Assembly (NCBI GenBank): GCA_051866475.1
Contig: JBJDXC010000158.1
Location: 1 to 41,080, forward strand
DNA from: Phascolarctobacterium sp.
GTDB taxonomy: Bacteria > Bacillota > Negativicutes > Acidaminococcales > Acidaminococcaceae
DNA length: 41,080 bases
Direction of reading: 5' to 3'
In this document: positions 10,529 through 19,056 of the stretch, in pieces
Numbering within the stretch: position 1 is the first letter of the stretch
Layout of the letters: every line of letters begins with the position of its first letter
The notes under the pieces: model-generated
The model's input: only the letters and a program-made list of their open reading frames with translations
The model's database searches: none
What the model was told of the DNA's origin: nothing
Made by a program: the position numbers and the translations under genes

Positions 10529-10618
10529 AATTTTCTTCTCCAAATCATCCATAATCACAAATGCACAAATAAGGCTGCTTATAATACAGCCCTATTTGTG
10601 TACAATTTGTCTACTCTA

Positions 10619-11179
10619 TTATGATTGTGCTTTATCCAAAGCCAGATTAAGCTTTAAGACGTTCACACGTGCTTCACCAATAAAGCCTAAGGAAGGATAT
10701 TCGGTGTTTTCCTCCACTAGCTTTAAAATCACACTTTTATCCATATGGCGCGCCTCAGCCACTCTATTCACCTGCAAGCGAATAGCTTGCGGTGACAGAT
10801 GTGGATCAAAGCCGGCTGCATCATTGGTCACCATGTCCGAAGGAACCTTTTCTATAGCGAGCAAGCCATATTTTGTTCTGACCGCAGCTGCTCTTTCTTC
10901 AACCTGCTTTTTCAGTTCCTTGTTGATTGCGCCATAATTGGTTCCGGCACTATCAGCAGCGTTGTATTCGTTAGCTGAAGGACGGCTACTGAAATATTTA
11001 TCACTTTTAAACTCCTGTCCAATCAGGGCAGAGCCTATGACCTTTCCATCGCGCTCAATTATACTGCCATTAGCCTGAAAAGGAAAGAGTATTTGACCCA
11101 ACCCTGTCATAACTAAGGGATAAAGCAAGCCACAAAAAATCGTCATCACCAATATAGCTCTCAATGGCTTAATAAACAT
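10619..11179 (-). CDS. kdpC: K+-transporting ATPase subunit C
   Basis: GLLYPLVMT, FPFQANGS, GSALIGQEF, YFSSRPSA, DPHLSP, RVNVLKLNLALD. Confidence 0.96.
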   Translation of the reverse strand: MFIKPLRAILVMTIFCGLLYPLVMTGLGQILFPFQANGSIIERDGKVIGSALIGQEFKSDKYFSSRPSANEYNAADSAGTNYGAINKELKKQVEERAAAVRTKYGLLAIEKVPSDMVTNDAAGFDPHLSPQAIRLQVNRVAEARHMDKSVILKLVEENTEYPSLGFIGEARVNVLKLNLALDKAQS

Positions 11180-11201
11180 AGCTAATTCCTCCCTTATACT
11201 C

Positions 11202-13238
11202 TTAAATGATTCCTAAAAATGCTAGCAGCATATCAATCAACTTGATACCAACAAAGGGAGCAATAATGCCACCGATACCATAAAGAAACAGGTTTCGCTT
11301 CAAAACAGCTGCTGCACCAATTGGCTTATACTCTACGCCTCGCATAGCCAGTGGAATTAAAGCTACAATGATAAGTGCGTTAAAAATTATAGCACTCATG
11401 ATAGCACTATTCGGACTACTCAATTGCATCACATTTAAAAGCTCCAAGGGAGGATAAATGCTGGCAAACATAGCAGGCAAGATTGCAAAATACTTAGCTA
11501 CATCATTGGCAATGCTAAAGGTTGTCAAGCTACCACGAGTCATTAAAAGCTGCTTACCAATGGCCACGATATCAATGAGCTTTGTAGGATCACTATCCAA
11601 ATCCACCATATTAGCAGCTTCCTTGGCAGCTTGGGTACCACTGTTCATAGCCACTCCCACATCAGCCTGAGCCAAGGCCGGAGCATCGTTAGTGCCATCG
11701 CCGGTCATGGCTACCAGCATGCCCTGCTGCTGGTATTGCTTAATCATTTTTAACTTGGACTCCGGAGTGGCCTCAGCAAGGTAATCGTCCACACCGGCCT
11801 CTGCAGCAATGGCTGCGGCTGTCAAACGGTTATCGCCGGTAATCATAATCGTCTTGATGCCCAGTTGGCGCAGCTCTTCAAAACGATCCTTGATGCCACC
11901 CTTGACAATATCCTTCAAATGGATAACGCCCATTACTCTATCGTTTTCCACTACTACCAAAGGTGTACCACCATCATTGGCAATAGTAATGCAATCCATC
12001 TCCACCCTTTCAGGAAAGAAATTTTGTTGCTCCTGCATATATTTTTTCATTGCGTCCACGGAGCCTTTAAAAACACGGTTTCTTTTTTGCACAAGGCCGC
12101 TCATGCGAGTAGCTGCAGAAAAGGGAACAAACTCTCCCTGAGCTTCTGCTTTTTGTAGCTCAAAATCGTAGCGTTTAGCAGCTAAGGCTAAAATGCTGCG
12201 CCCCTCAGGAGTTTCATCCGCCATAGAGGCCAAGCAAGCAGCCTTAACCATGGCTTCCAGTTCCACACCAGAAGCAGGAATAAAATTAATGGCCATGCGG
12301 TTACCAAGCGTGATGGTGCCTGTTTTGTCCAGCAAGAGGGCATTTACATCGCCGGCAACCTCCACAGAACGGCCGCTCATAGCCAGCACATTGCGACTCA
12401 ATAAACGATCCATACCGGCAATGCCGATGGCTGACAATAGGCCGCCGATGGTTGTGGGAATAAGACAGACCAGCAGGGCAATCAAAGCTGGCACGCTTAA
12501 AAGGCCACCACTATAGATTGCAAAGGGCTCTAGCGTTGCCACTGCTACCACAAAGATGATGGAAAGACCAACCAGCAAAAGCGTTAAGGCTATTTCGTTA
12601 GGAGTCTTTTGCCTTTGAGCACCCTCAACAAGACTAATCATTTTATCAAGAAAGGTCTCGCCAGGATTAGCCGTGACACGTACCTTAATCCAATCGCTGA
12701 GCACTTTAGTGCCGCCGGTAACGGCACTGCGGTCACCACCTGCCTCGCGAATTACAGGGGCAGATTCACCGGTTACAGCACTTTCATCAATAGAGGCCAT
12801 GCCTTCGATAATTTCACCATCGTTGGCAATAAGCTCACCTGCCTTGACCAAAATCACATCACCCATACGAATTTGGTCAGAGGTTAGCATCACTTCGCTA
12901 CCGTCAGGTAGCAGCTTGCGTGCTTGAATAGATGTACGTGTATTGCGCAAGCTCTGAGCTTGCGCCTTACCCCTACCCTCGGCCACAGCCTCAGCAAAAT
13001 TGGCAAACAATACTGTAAACCACAGCCATAAATCCAGCTGCAGGTTGAACCTACCACGGGCAGCATCTCCATGGAGGAAATCTGCAGCCGTAATCAAAGC
13101 TACTAAAAAAGCACCCACATAAACGATAAACATGACAGGATTGTGCCACTGAGTTTTAGGGTTCAGCTTTTTAAAAGAATTAATAATCGCTTCCCTAAGG
13201 ATTCTCTTATCCAAGGTAGCAGATTTTTCATGCTTCAT
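11202..13238 (-). CDS. kdpB: K+-transporting P-type ATPase subunit B
   Basis: [24 protein letters not shown] phosphorylation site, [16 protein letters not shown]. Confidence 0.98.
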   Translation of the reverse strand: MKHEKSATLDKRILREAIINSFKKLNPKTQWHNPVMFIVYVGAFLVALITAADFLHGDAARGRFNLQLDLWLWFTVLFANFAEAVAEGRGKAQAQSLRNTRTSIQARKLLPDGSEVMLTSDQIRMGDVILVKAGELIANDGEIIEGMASIDESAVTGESAPVIREAGGDRSAVTGGTKVLSDWIKVRVTANPGETFLDKMISLVEGAQRQKTPNEIALTLLLVGLSIIFVVAVATLEPFAIYSGGLLSVPALIALLVCLIPTTIGGLLSAIGIAGMDRLLSRNVLAMSGRSVEVAGDVNALLLDKTGTITLGNRMAINFIPASGVELEAMVKAACLASMADETPEGRSILALAAKRYDFELQKAEAQGEFVPFSAATRMSGLVQKRNRVFKGSVDAMKKYMQEQQNFFPERVEMDCITIANDGGTPLVVVENDRVMGVIHLKDIVKGGIKDRFEELRQLGIKTIMITGDNRLTAAAIAAEAGVDDYLAEATPESKLKMIKQYQQQGMLVAMTGDGTNDAPALAQADVGVAMNSGTQAAKEAANMVDLDSDPTKLIDIVAIGKQLLMTRGSLTTFSIANDVAKYFAILPAMFASIYPPLELLNVMQLSSPNSAIMSAIIFNALIIVALIPLAMRGVEYKPIGAAAVLKRNLFLYGIGGIIAPFVGIKLIDMLLAFLGII

Positions 13239-13273
13239 TTTTCATAAACCTCCGTTAAAGAATGATTTTCTTA

Positions 13274-14983
13274 TCAGAAAACTATATCGGCATACATGAA
13301 CAGCTGGTCAACAATTGGTCCCAACGCTAAGGCTGGGAAGAATGTCAATGCCCCTACCAAGAGCACAATTGCTGTTAAAAGCAGAGCAAATAATACGGTA
13401 CCGGTATCAAAGGTACCGGCGTTGGCAGGAGAAATCTTTTTCGTAGACATGCTGCCCGCAATGGCCAGTACCGGAAAAATTACGCCGAAGCGTCCAATGA
13501 ACATGGCTAAACCGATGGTAAGATTGTACCAAAGGCTGTTAGCACCAAGTCCTGCAAAGGCACTACCATTATTACCTGCAGCGGATGCATAACCGTAGAG
13601 TACTTCACTAAATCCATGAGGACCGGGCTGGCTCATGCCCTTTAAGCCGCATTCCAAAACAGAAGCAGCACCACTGAAAATTAAAATCGTAATAGCTGGC
13701 AACAGCAAACCAATAATTGTCAAAACAACTTCTCTAGCTTCAATCTTCTTGCCCAAATATTCCGGTGTGCGACCGACCATCAAGCCAACAATGAAGACTG
13801 TGATGAACACATACAGCAACATACCATAAAAACCGGCGCCGGTACCACCATAGACAACCTCGCCTAGCATCATTTGCAGCATTGGTACTAAACCACCTAG
13901 TCCCGTCAAGCAATCGTGCCAACAGTTAACCGCACCACAGGATGCAGCGGTAGTAACAGTAGCAAACAAGGACGAGGAGCCTATGCCGAAGCGCACCTCT
14001 TTGCCTTCCATAGCAGTCGGTCCGCTTAGGTTGTAGCTTGCCAAAATAGTATTGCCACTAGCTTCGGACCAATAGCAGAGCGCAAACATCATAACAAAAA
14101 GCATAGTCATGGAGCCCAGCACTGCCATACCCTGCTTCATGGAACCACTCATATCGCCATAGCAGGTTAAGAGAGCAGCACTGACAAGCAAGATTGCGTA
14201 CATTTCCACAAAATTGCTTACTGGTGTCGGATTTTCATAGGGATGGGAGGAGTTGGCGTTGAAGAAGCCACCGCCATTGGTGCCTAATTCCTTTATAGCC
14301 TCTTGGGAAGCTACCGGGCCTTGAGCAATAATTTGCTCCGTCCCTTCAAGAGTTGTAGCATGCACATAAGCATTGAGGTTCTGCGGTACACCCTCGGAAA
14401 CAAGAAATAAACCTACTACAATGCAAATGGGTAAGAACACTCTCGTTACAGTGCGTACCAGATCAAAATAGAAATTCCCCAAATTATCGGTACCCTTATT
14501 GATTAAGCCACGAATGAGCGCTATAGCAACGCACACACCCGTTGCAGCAGAGACAAAATTCTGCACTGTTAAGCCTAGCATCTGCGTAGCATAGCTCATG
14601 GTAGTTTCACCGCTATAGGCCTGCCAATTAGTGTTAGTCATAAAGCTAATAGCTGTATTCAAAGCCAAGTGCCAGCTTTCCACACTACCCAAATTTTCAG
14701 GATTAAAGGGCAGCACCGCCTGCAGCATTTGCAGCATAAAGAGTAGCAGCATGCCCAGCATATTGAACACAAACATGTGCCCAGCATATTTTTTCCAATT
14801 CATTCCCTCATGCGGGTGCACTCCCATAAGCTTATACAAGCCCTTTTCCATGGGATTAAAAAGTGCATCACCTAGCACAGCTTTACCCTCATATATGCGG
14901 GCCATATACTTGCCCAAAGGGTAGCTTGTAACTAAGAGTACAAGCAAATAAACAAATAACATGAGTATATCTTTATTCATCAT
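13274..14983 (-). CDS. kdpA: K+-transporting ATPase subunit A
   Basis: Selectivity-filter motifs TNTNWQAYSGE, LGTNGGGFF, TAASCGAVN, NNGSAFAG; MEGKEVRFG, LMVGRTPEYLGKKI. Confidence 0.98.
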   Translation of the reverse strand: MMNKDILMLFVYLLVLLVTSYPLGKYMARIYEGKAVLGDALFNPMEKGLYKLMGVHPHEGMNWKKYAGHMFVFNMLGMLLLFMLQMLQAVLPFNPENLGSVESWHLALNTAISFMTNTNWQAYSGETTMSYATQMLGLTVQNFVSAATGVCVAIALIRGLINKGTDNLGNFYFDLVRTVTRVFLPICIVVGLFLVSEGVPQNLNAYVHATTLEGTEQIIAQGPVASQEAIKELGTNGGGFFNANSSHPYENPTPVSNFVEMYAILLVSAALLTCYGDMSGSMKQGMAVLGSMTMLFVMMFALCYWSEASGNTILASYNLSGPTAMEGKEVRFGIGSSSLFATVTTAASCGAVNCWHDCLTGLGGLVPMLQMMLGEVVYGGTGAGFYGMLLYVFITVFIVGLMVGRTPEYLGKKIEAREVVLTIIGLLLPAITILIFSGAASVLECGLKGMSQPGPHGFSEVLYGYASAAGNNGSAFAGLGANSLWYNLTIGLAMFIGRFGVIFPVLAIAGSMSTKKISPANAGTFDTGTVLFALLLTAIVLLVGALTFFPALALGPIVDQLFMYADIVF

Positions 14984-15069
14984 TAGAAATCCTCCGGTCT
15001 ACATAGCACATAAATTAAATATGCCAGAATTAATAAGGCTAGCAATAGTCCTAAATATAAATCAAACAT
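14983..15069 (-). CDS. kdpF: KdpF small subunit, 28 aa (MFDLYLGLLLALLILAYLIYVLCRPEDF)
   Basis: Translated by hand: single hydrophobic helix ending RPEDF, matching the KdpF YLxYxLxxPExF pattern. SD GGAGGA upstream; TAATG stop/start overlap with kdpA. Absent from the ORF track. Confidence 0.92.
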   Translation of the reverse strand: MFDLYLGLLLALLILAYLIYVLCRPEDF

Positions 15070-15135
15070 CACCAGTCCTCCTTATTTTTCAAAATCACTA
15101 AAAGCCATTCTGCAGCCATAGCTCTTGGTGCTATT

Positions 15136-15201
15136 ATTGTACCGCTTAGTGCCGTAAAGCCGCTGTCAAAAGAAGCAGACAAGCTGTAAAAAAGCCGTAA
15201 A
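15136..15201 (-). promoter_or_regulatory. kdpFABC promoter with candidate KdpE binding site
   Basis: -10 TACAAT at 15141-15136 with no consensus -35 at 17 bp. Tandem half-sites TTTACG (15201-15196) and TTTACA (15190-15185), 11 bp apart in T-tracts, resemble the E. coli KdpE site. Confidence 0.65.
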
Positions 15202-15235
15202 AAATCCCCGCTCTGTTTAAGTTCAGAGCGGGGAT
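15199..15235 (-). terminator. Intrinsic terminator downstream of the KilA-N gene (hairpin copy 2)
   Basis: ATCCCCGCTCTG-tttaagtt-CAGAGCGGGGAT with a T-tract on the minus strand. Confidence 0.85.
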
Positions 15236-15260
15236 AGCATTTTTGCAACAAGTCTTTTTA
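15204..15260. repeat. Direct repeat, left copy, flanking the KilA-N gene
   Basis: First 32 nt are 31/32 identical to 16249-16280; gapped similarity continues through ...CAACAAGtCTTtTTA. Confidence 0.85.
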
Positions 15261-16097
15261 GTTATTCATTTGCTTAAGGCTTTGGATACTTTTCAAATTC
15301 TGTGACAATGCTTTTAATTGAAAGGCTGCTGCTTTATTAAGCCTCATAAGTCTATCCTTCTGTGTCAATCCTTCTTGTATGTACTCGGCATTTAAACATT
15401 CCAAATTGGCTAAAACTATAAGCTGCTCTATACTGGCATAATCTCGTATATTACCCTTAGCTTTGGGATTCTCTGCTCGCCATTGACCTGCAGTAACACC
15501 AAAGAGAGCAGCATTTATCATATCTGCTTCTGAAGCATAGGTATAAGAAATTTGTTGCGGTGTAAGATTGGGTGCCATTGCTTCTTTTATTGCATCAGTA
15601 TGAAGTCTATAGTTTGACTTAGCTATTTCACGCTTTACGCTCCAATCAAGAGCATTAGCATGACTTTCATCAGCTTTTAAACGCTGATAATCCTTAATAA
15701 TGTATAATTTGAATTCTGGTGATATCCAAGAAGCAAATTCAAACGCAATATCCGAATGAGCAAAGGTACCACCATATCTACCTGATTTTGAGATTATGCC
15801 TATGGCATTAGTAGCAGAAATCCATTTTTGGGGAGTAAGCACAAAAGCATTGTCGCCAGATTCATTTTTAAACGCCTCGAATTCGACACGGTTAAAACTA
15901 GGATTATTAAGCTCCTCCCATAACCCCAAGAAAGAGATTGTACTTCTGCTACGCATCCAATTCTGTATGATGAACCGAGGGTTCTCTGAATCACGTTTTT
16001 TAGCAATATCCGTTAACGAGATATAATCGCTTTCATTGGTGCTACTAACACGAATATCGATACCATTAGCCTTTATAATCCCTTTTACGATGCTCAC
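15258..16097 (-). CDS. KilA-N domain-containing DNA-binding protein
   Basis: DYISLTDIAK, IQNWMR, KWI...SGRYGGTFAHSDIAFEFASWISPEFKLYII. Likely GTG start at 16097 behind GGAGGAG. Visibly AT-richer than its neighbours. Confidence 0.85.
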   Translation of the reverse strand: MSIVKGIIKANGIDIRVSSTNESDYISLTDIAKKRDSENPRFIIQNWMRSRSTISFLGLWEELNNPSFNRVEFEAFKNESGDNAFVLTPQKWISATNAIGIISKSGRYGGTFAHSDIAFEFASWISPEFKLYIIKDYQRLKADESHANALDWSVKREIAKSNYRLHTDAIKEAMAPNLTPQQISYTYASEADMINAALFGVTAGQWRAENPKAKGNIRDYASIEQLIVLANLECLNAEYIQEGLTQKDRLMRLNKAAAFQLKALSQNLKSIQSLKQMNN

Positions 16098-16248
16098 AAT
16101 AACAACTCCTCCCTTTACACTATTATTCCTCCGAGCAATCAACATTGCTTTTACTAGAAATTATTTTCGTAATTTATTTTATATCAAGAGCTTCAGTTTG
16201 TCAAATTCTTTAATCGACAAGTCTAAGTTTTGCTTTTGTTTATAAAAT

Positions 16249-16303
16249 ATCCCCACTCTGTTTAAGTTCAGAGCGGGGATAAGCTTTTCAACAAGCCTTG
16301 TTA
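16249..16303. repeat. Direct repeat, right copy; also the likely terminator of rsmI-metG-tatD (hairpin copy 3)
   Basis: ATCCCCACTCTG-tttaagtt-CAGAGCGGGGAT. The single substitution gives a G.U pair on the minus-strand RNA. Confidence 0.8.
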
Positions 16304-16317
16304 TGCACAAAGCTACA

Positions 16318-17097
16318 CTATTTTATTTTCTTAAAGAGCCGTTTAGCGTTAGCTGTAGTCAGAGCGGCCAGCTCGTCGAAATCCATATCCAGCACTAAAG
16401 CTGCATTGCGAGCAGTATATTCCACATAGCCAGGATTATTGCGCTTGCCGCGGAAGGGGACAGGTGTCAGATAAGGACAGTCCGTTTCAAAAAGCATGAG
16501 CTCCTTAGGAACATACTGCATAACCTCCCGCACCTTTTGGGCATTCCTATAGGTGGAGGTACCGCCAAAGCCGAAATAATAGCCGCGCTTGGCCAGCTCC
16601 TTGGCCATTTCCAAGCTACCACTGAAGCAGTGGAAGACAGCCTGCACGCCCTTGACCTCCTTTTGGAAAAGCTCCAGCATATCGCCGTGGGCTTCACGGT
16701 CATGGATAATGATGGGCAAATCAAACTGCTTAGCTAAATCAATTTGCTCCAAAAAGATGCGCTTTTGCACGGGCTTAGGCTCGTTTTCCTTCCAGTAGTA
16801 ATCAAGGCCAATCTCGCCGATAGCCACTACCTTGGGATGCACGGCCCAAGCAGCCAGCTGGTCCAAATAATCAGCAGCAATACCCTTTAAATTTTCCGGA
16901 TGATAGCCCACTGCCGCATAGATAAAATCGTACTGCTCGGCCAGCTCCACCGCCATGGCGGAGCTAGGAGCGTCACAGCCTGCATTAATAATGCCGTCCA
17001 AATCCTGCTCCAGCTGCGCCAAAAGCTCCTTGCGGTCCTTGGCGAAGGCAGGATCATCTAAATGGGCATGGGTATCCCATAAACCTGTTCTACTCAT
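16318..17097 (-). CDS. tatD: TatD family DNase / metal-dependent hydrolase
   Basis: DTHAHL, GYHPE, AIGEIGLDYY, IIHDREA, VFHCFSG, ETDCPYL; follows metG as in other Firmicutes. Confidence 0.95.
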   Translation of the reverse strand: MSRTGLWDTHAHLDDPAFAKDRKELLAQLEQDLDGIINAGCDAPSSAMAVELAEQYDFIYAAVGYHPENLKGIAADYLDQLAAWAVHPKVVAIGEIGLDYYWKENEPKPVQKRIFLEQIDLAKQFDLPIIIHDREAHGDMLELFQKEVKGVQAVFHCFSGSLEMAKELAKRGYYFGFGGTSTYRNAQKVREVMQYVPKELMLFETDCPYLTPVPFRGKRNNPGYVEYTARNAALVLDMDFDELAALTTANAKRLFKKIK

Positions 17098-17098
17098 C

Positions 17099-19054
17099 TT
17101 ACTTCACGCGGCTGCCAGAGGCCATATTGGGCGCTTCTGCCAAGACCAAATTGCCTTGACCATCGCTAGCGCACAGCAGCATACCAAAGGACTCAATGCC
17201 CATGAGCTTAGCAGGAGCCAGATTTGCTACCACAACCACGTTGCGACCCAGCATTTGCTCGGGCTCGTAGTATTGGGAAATACCGCTGACGATGGTGCGC
17301 ACCTCGTCACCAATTTCCACTTGCAATTTGAGCAGCTTCTTGGACTTCTTAACCTTCTCTGCTGCCAGAACCTTGCCCACACGCAAGTCGATCTTCTCAA
17401 AGTCCGGAAATTGGATTTCCGGCTTAATGGGCTCCATGGCAGGTTTGGGTGCTTCAACCTTCGGTGCTTCTACTACAGGACGCTCATAGCGCTTGCCACC
17501 GATAATGGTTGCACCGTCCTCGGCAATCTCAATACGCGGATAGAGAGGCTCACCCTTGCAAACCTTGGTGCCATTGGCCAGTCCACCCCAAACAGCGTTC
17601 TCCAGCAGGAATTGCTCCGGAGCAGCAAGGCCCAATTGAGTATAAATCTTGGGGCTGGTGGTGGGGATATAGGGGCTGATCAAAATAGCCACAATGCGCA
17701 GGGTTTCAGCCAGATTATACATAACAGTCTTCAGGCGATCGGCCTTAGCTGCATCCTTAGCCAAAATCCAAGGTGCAGTCTCATCGATATATTTATTGGC
17801 ACGGCTAATCAAAGCCCATACAGCCTTGATAGCAGTGTTAATTTCCATGTTGTCCATAGCCTTACCATAGGCAGCTACGGTTTCAGCAACCAGGCTCTTT
17901 AGCTCGTCGTCGATAGCTTCGCTAGCGCCAGCATCCTCCACAATGCCACCATGATATTTTTCAATCATGGATACAGTGCGGTGGAGCAGGTTGCCAAGGT
18001 CATTGGCCAAATCTGCATTGATGCGAGTAATCAAGGCATCGCGAGAGAAGTTGCCATCGCTGCCCAGGTTAATCTCGCGCAGCAGGAAGTAACGAATGGA
18101 GTCAGCGCCGAACTCGTCAATCAAAGCCAGCGGGTCAATGACATTGCCCTTGGACTTGGACATCTTGTCGCCGTCCACAATGAGCCAGCCATGGCCATAA
18201 ACCTCTTCCGGCAGCTCCAAGCCCATAGCGTGCAGCATAATGGGCCAAATAATGGTGTGGAAGCGCACGATTTCCTTGCCCACCAAATGCAGGCTTGCAG
18301 GCCAGAATTTGTGGAAGAAAGCGTCATCGGTGCCGTATTTAATACCGGTCAGGTAATTCAGCAAAGCATCAAACCAAACATAAACCACGTGCTTCTTGTC
18401 GAAGGGTACAGGAATACCCCAGTCAAAGGTGGTACGAGTAATGCACAAATCCTCCAAGCCTTGCTTTACGAAATTAATCATTTCGTTGCGACGGCTGGCC
18501 GGCTGGATGAAATCAGGATGCTTTTCAATAAAATCAAGCCACCAATCCTGGTACTTGCTCATTTTGAAGAAATAGCTTTCCTCCTCCATCTCCTCTACAG
18601 GACGATGGCAGTCGGGGCAGCAGTGATTTTCGTCCAGTTGACGCTCCAGCCAATAGGACTCGCAGGGCACGCAATAGAGGCCCTTATAGTTCTTTTTATA
18701 GATATCACCCTGCTCATAAATCTTTTGCAGTGCGTCCTGTACTACCTTGTGATGACGCTCTTGGCTGGTGCGCAGAAAATCGTTGTTGGAAATATGCAGG
18801 CGCTCCCACAGCAGCTTAAAGTTAGCGATAATAGCGTCAACATATTGGATGGGGGTTACGCCCTTTTCCTTAGCCTTGCGTTGAATTTTCAGGCCGTGCT
18901 CATCACTGCCGGTGAGGAACCATACATCCTCGCCCTTCAGACGGTGATAGCGAGCCAAGGTATCGGCAATAGTGGTGCAATAAGCATGGCCGATATGCAG
19001 ATTATCACTGGGATAATAAATAGGGGTGGTAATATAATAGGTCGGTTTAGTCAT
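17099..19054 (-). CDS. metG: Methionine--tRNA ligase with C-terminal tRNA-binding (Trbp111-like) domain
   Basis: ITTPIYY, HIGH, GSDEHG, Zn knuckle CVPC...CPDC, YVWFDAL, KMSKS, C-terminal IDLRVGKV...RTIVSGI. Confidence 0.98.
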   Translation of the reverse strand: MTKPTYYITTPIYYPSDNLHIGHAYCTTIADTLARYHRLKGEDVWFLTGSDEHGLKIQRKAKEKGVTPIQYVDAIIANFKLLWERLHISNNDFLRTSQERHHKVVQDALQKIYEQGDIYKKNYKGLYCVPCESYWLERQLDENHCCPDCHRPVEEMEEESYFFKMSKYQDWWLDFIEKHPDFIQPASRRNEMINFVKQGLEDLCITRTTFDWGIPVPFDKKHVVYVWFDALLNYLTGIKYGTDDAFFHKFWPASLHLVGKEIVRFHTIIWPIMLHAMGLELPEEVYGHGWLIVDGDKMSKSKGNVIDPLALIDEFGADSIRYFLLREINLGSDGNFSRDALITRINADLANDLGNLLHRTVSMIEKYHGGIVEDAGASEAIDDELKSLVAETVAAYGKAMDNMEINTAIKAVWALISRANKYIDETAPWILAKDAAKADRLKTVMYNLAETLRIVAILISPYIPTTSPKIYTQLGLAAPEQFLLENAVWGGLANGTKVCKGEPLYPRIEIAEDGATIIGGKRYERPVVEAPKVEAPKPAMEPIKPEIQFPDFEKIDLRVGKVLAAEKVKKSKKLLKLQVEIGDEVRTIVSGISQYYEPEQMLGRNVVVVANLAPAKLMGIESFGMLLCASDGQGNLVLAEAPNMASGSRVK

Positions 19055-19056
19055 CT

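Noticed and set aside
13228-13245. Out-of-frame ATG (MKNEA*) overlapping the kdpB start
   Set aside because: Only 3 nt from the SD; the in-frame ATG at 13238 has usable spacing and KdpB is intact.
15069-15251. 60-aa ORF upstream of kdpF
   Set aside because: Spans the terminator, KdpE box and promoter; no SD or protein-like features.
15204-16303. CRISPR array or IS element
   Set aside because: Only two copies 1 kb apart with a gene between them; no cas genes, transposase or terminal inverted repeats.
17444-17473. VEAPK-VEAPK tandem repeat in MetG
   Set aside because: Ordinary low-complexity linker before the C-terminal tRNA-binding domain.
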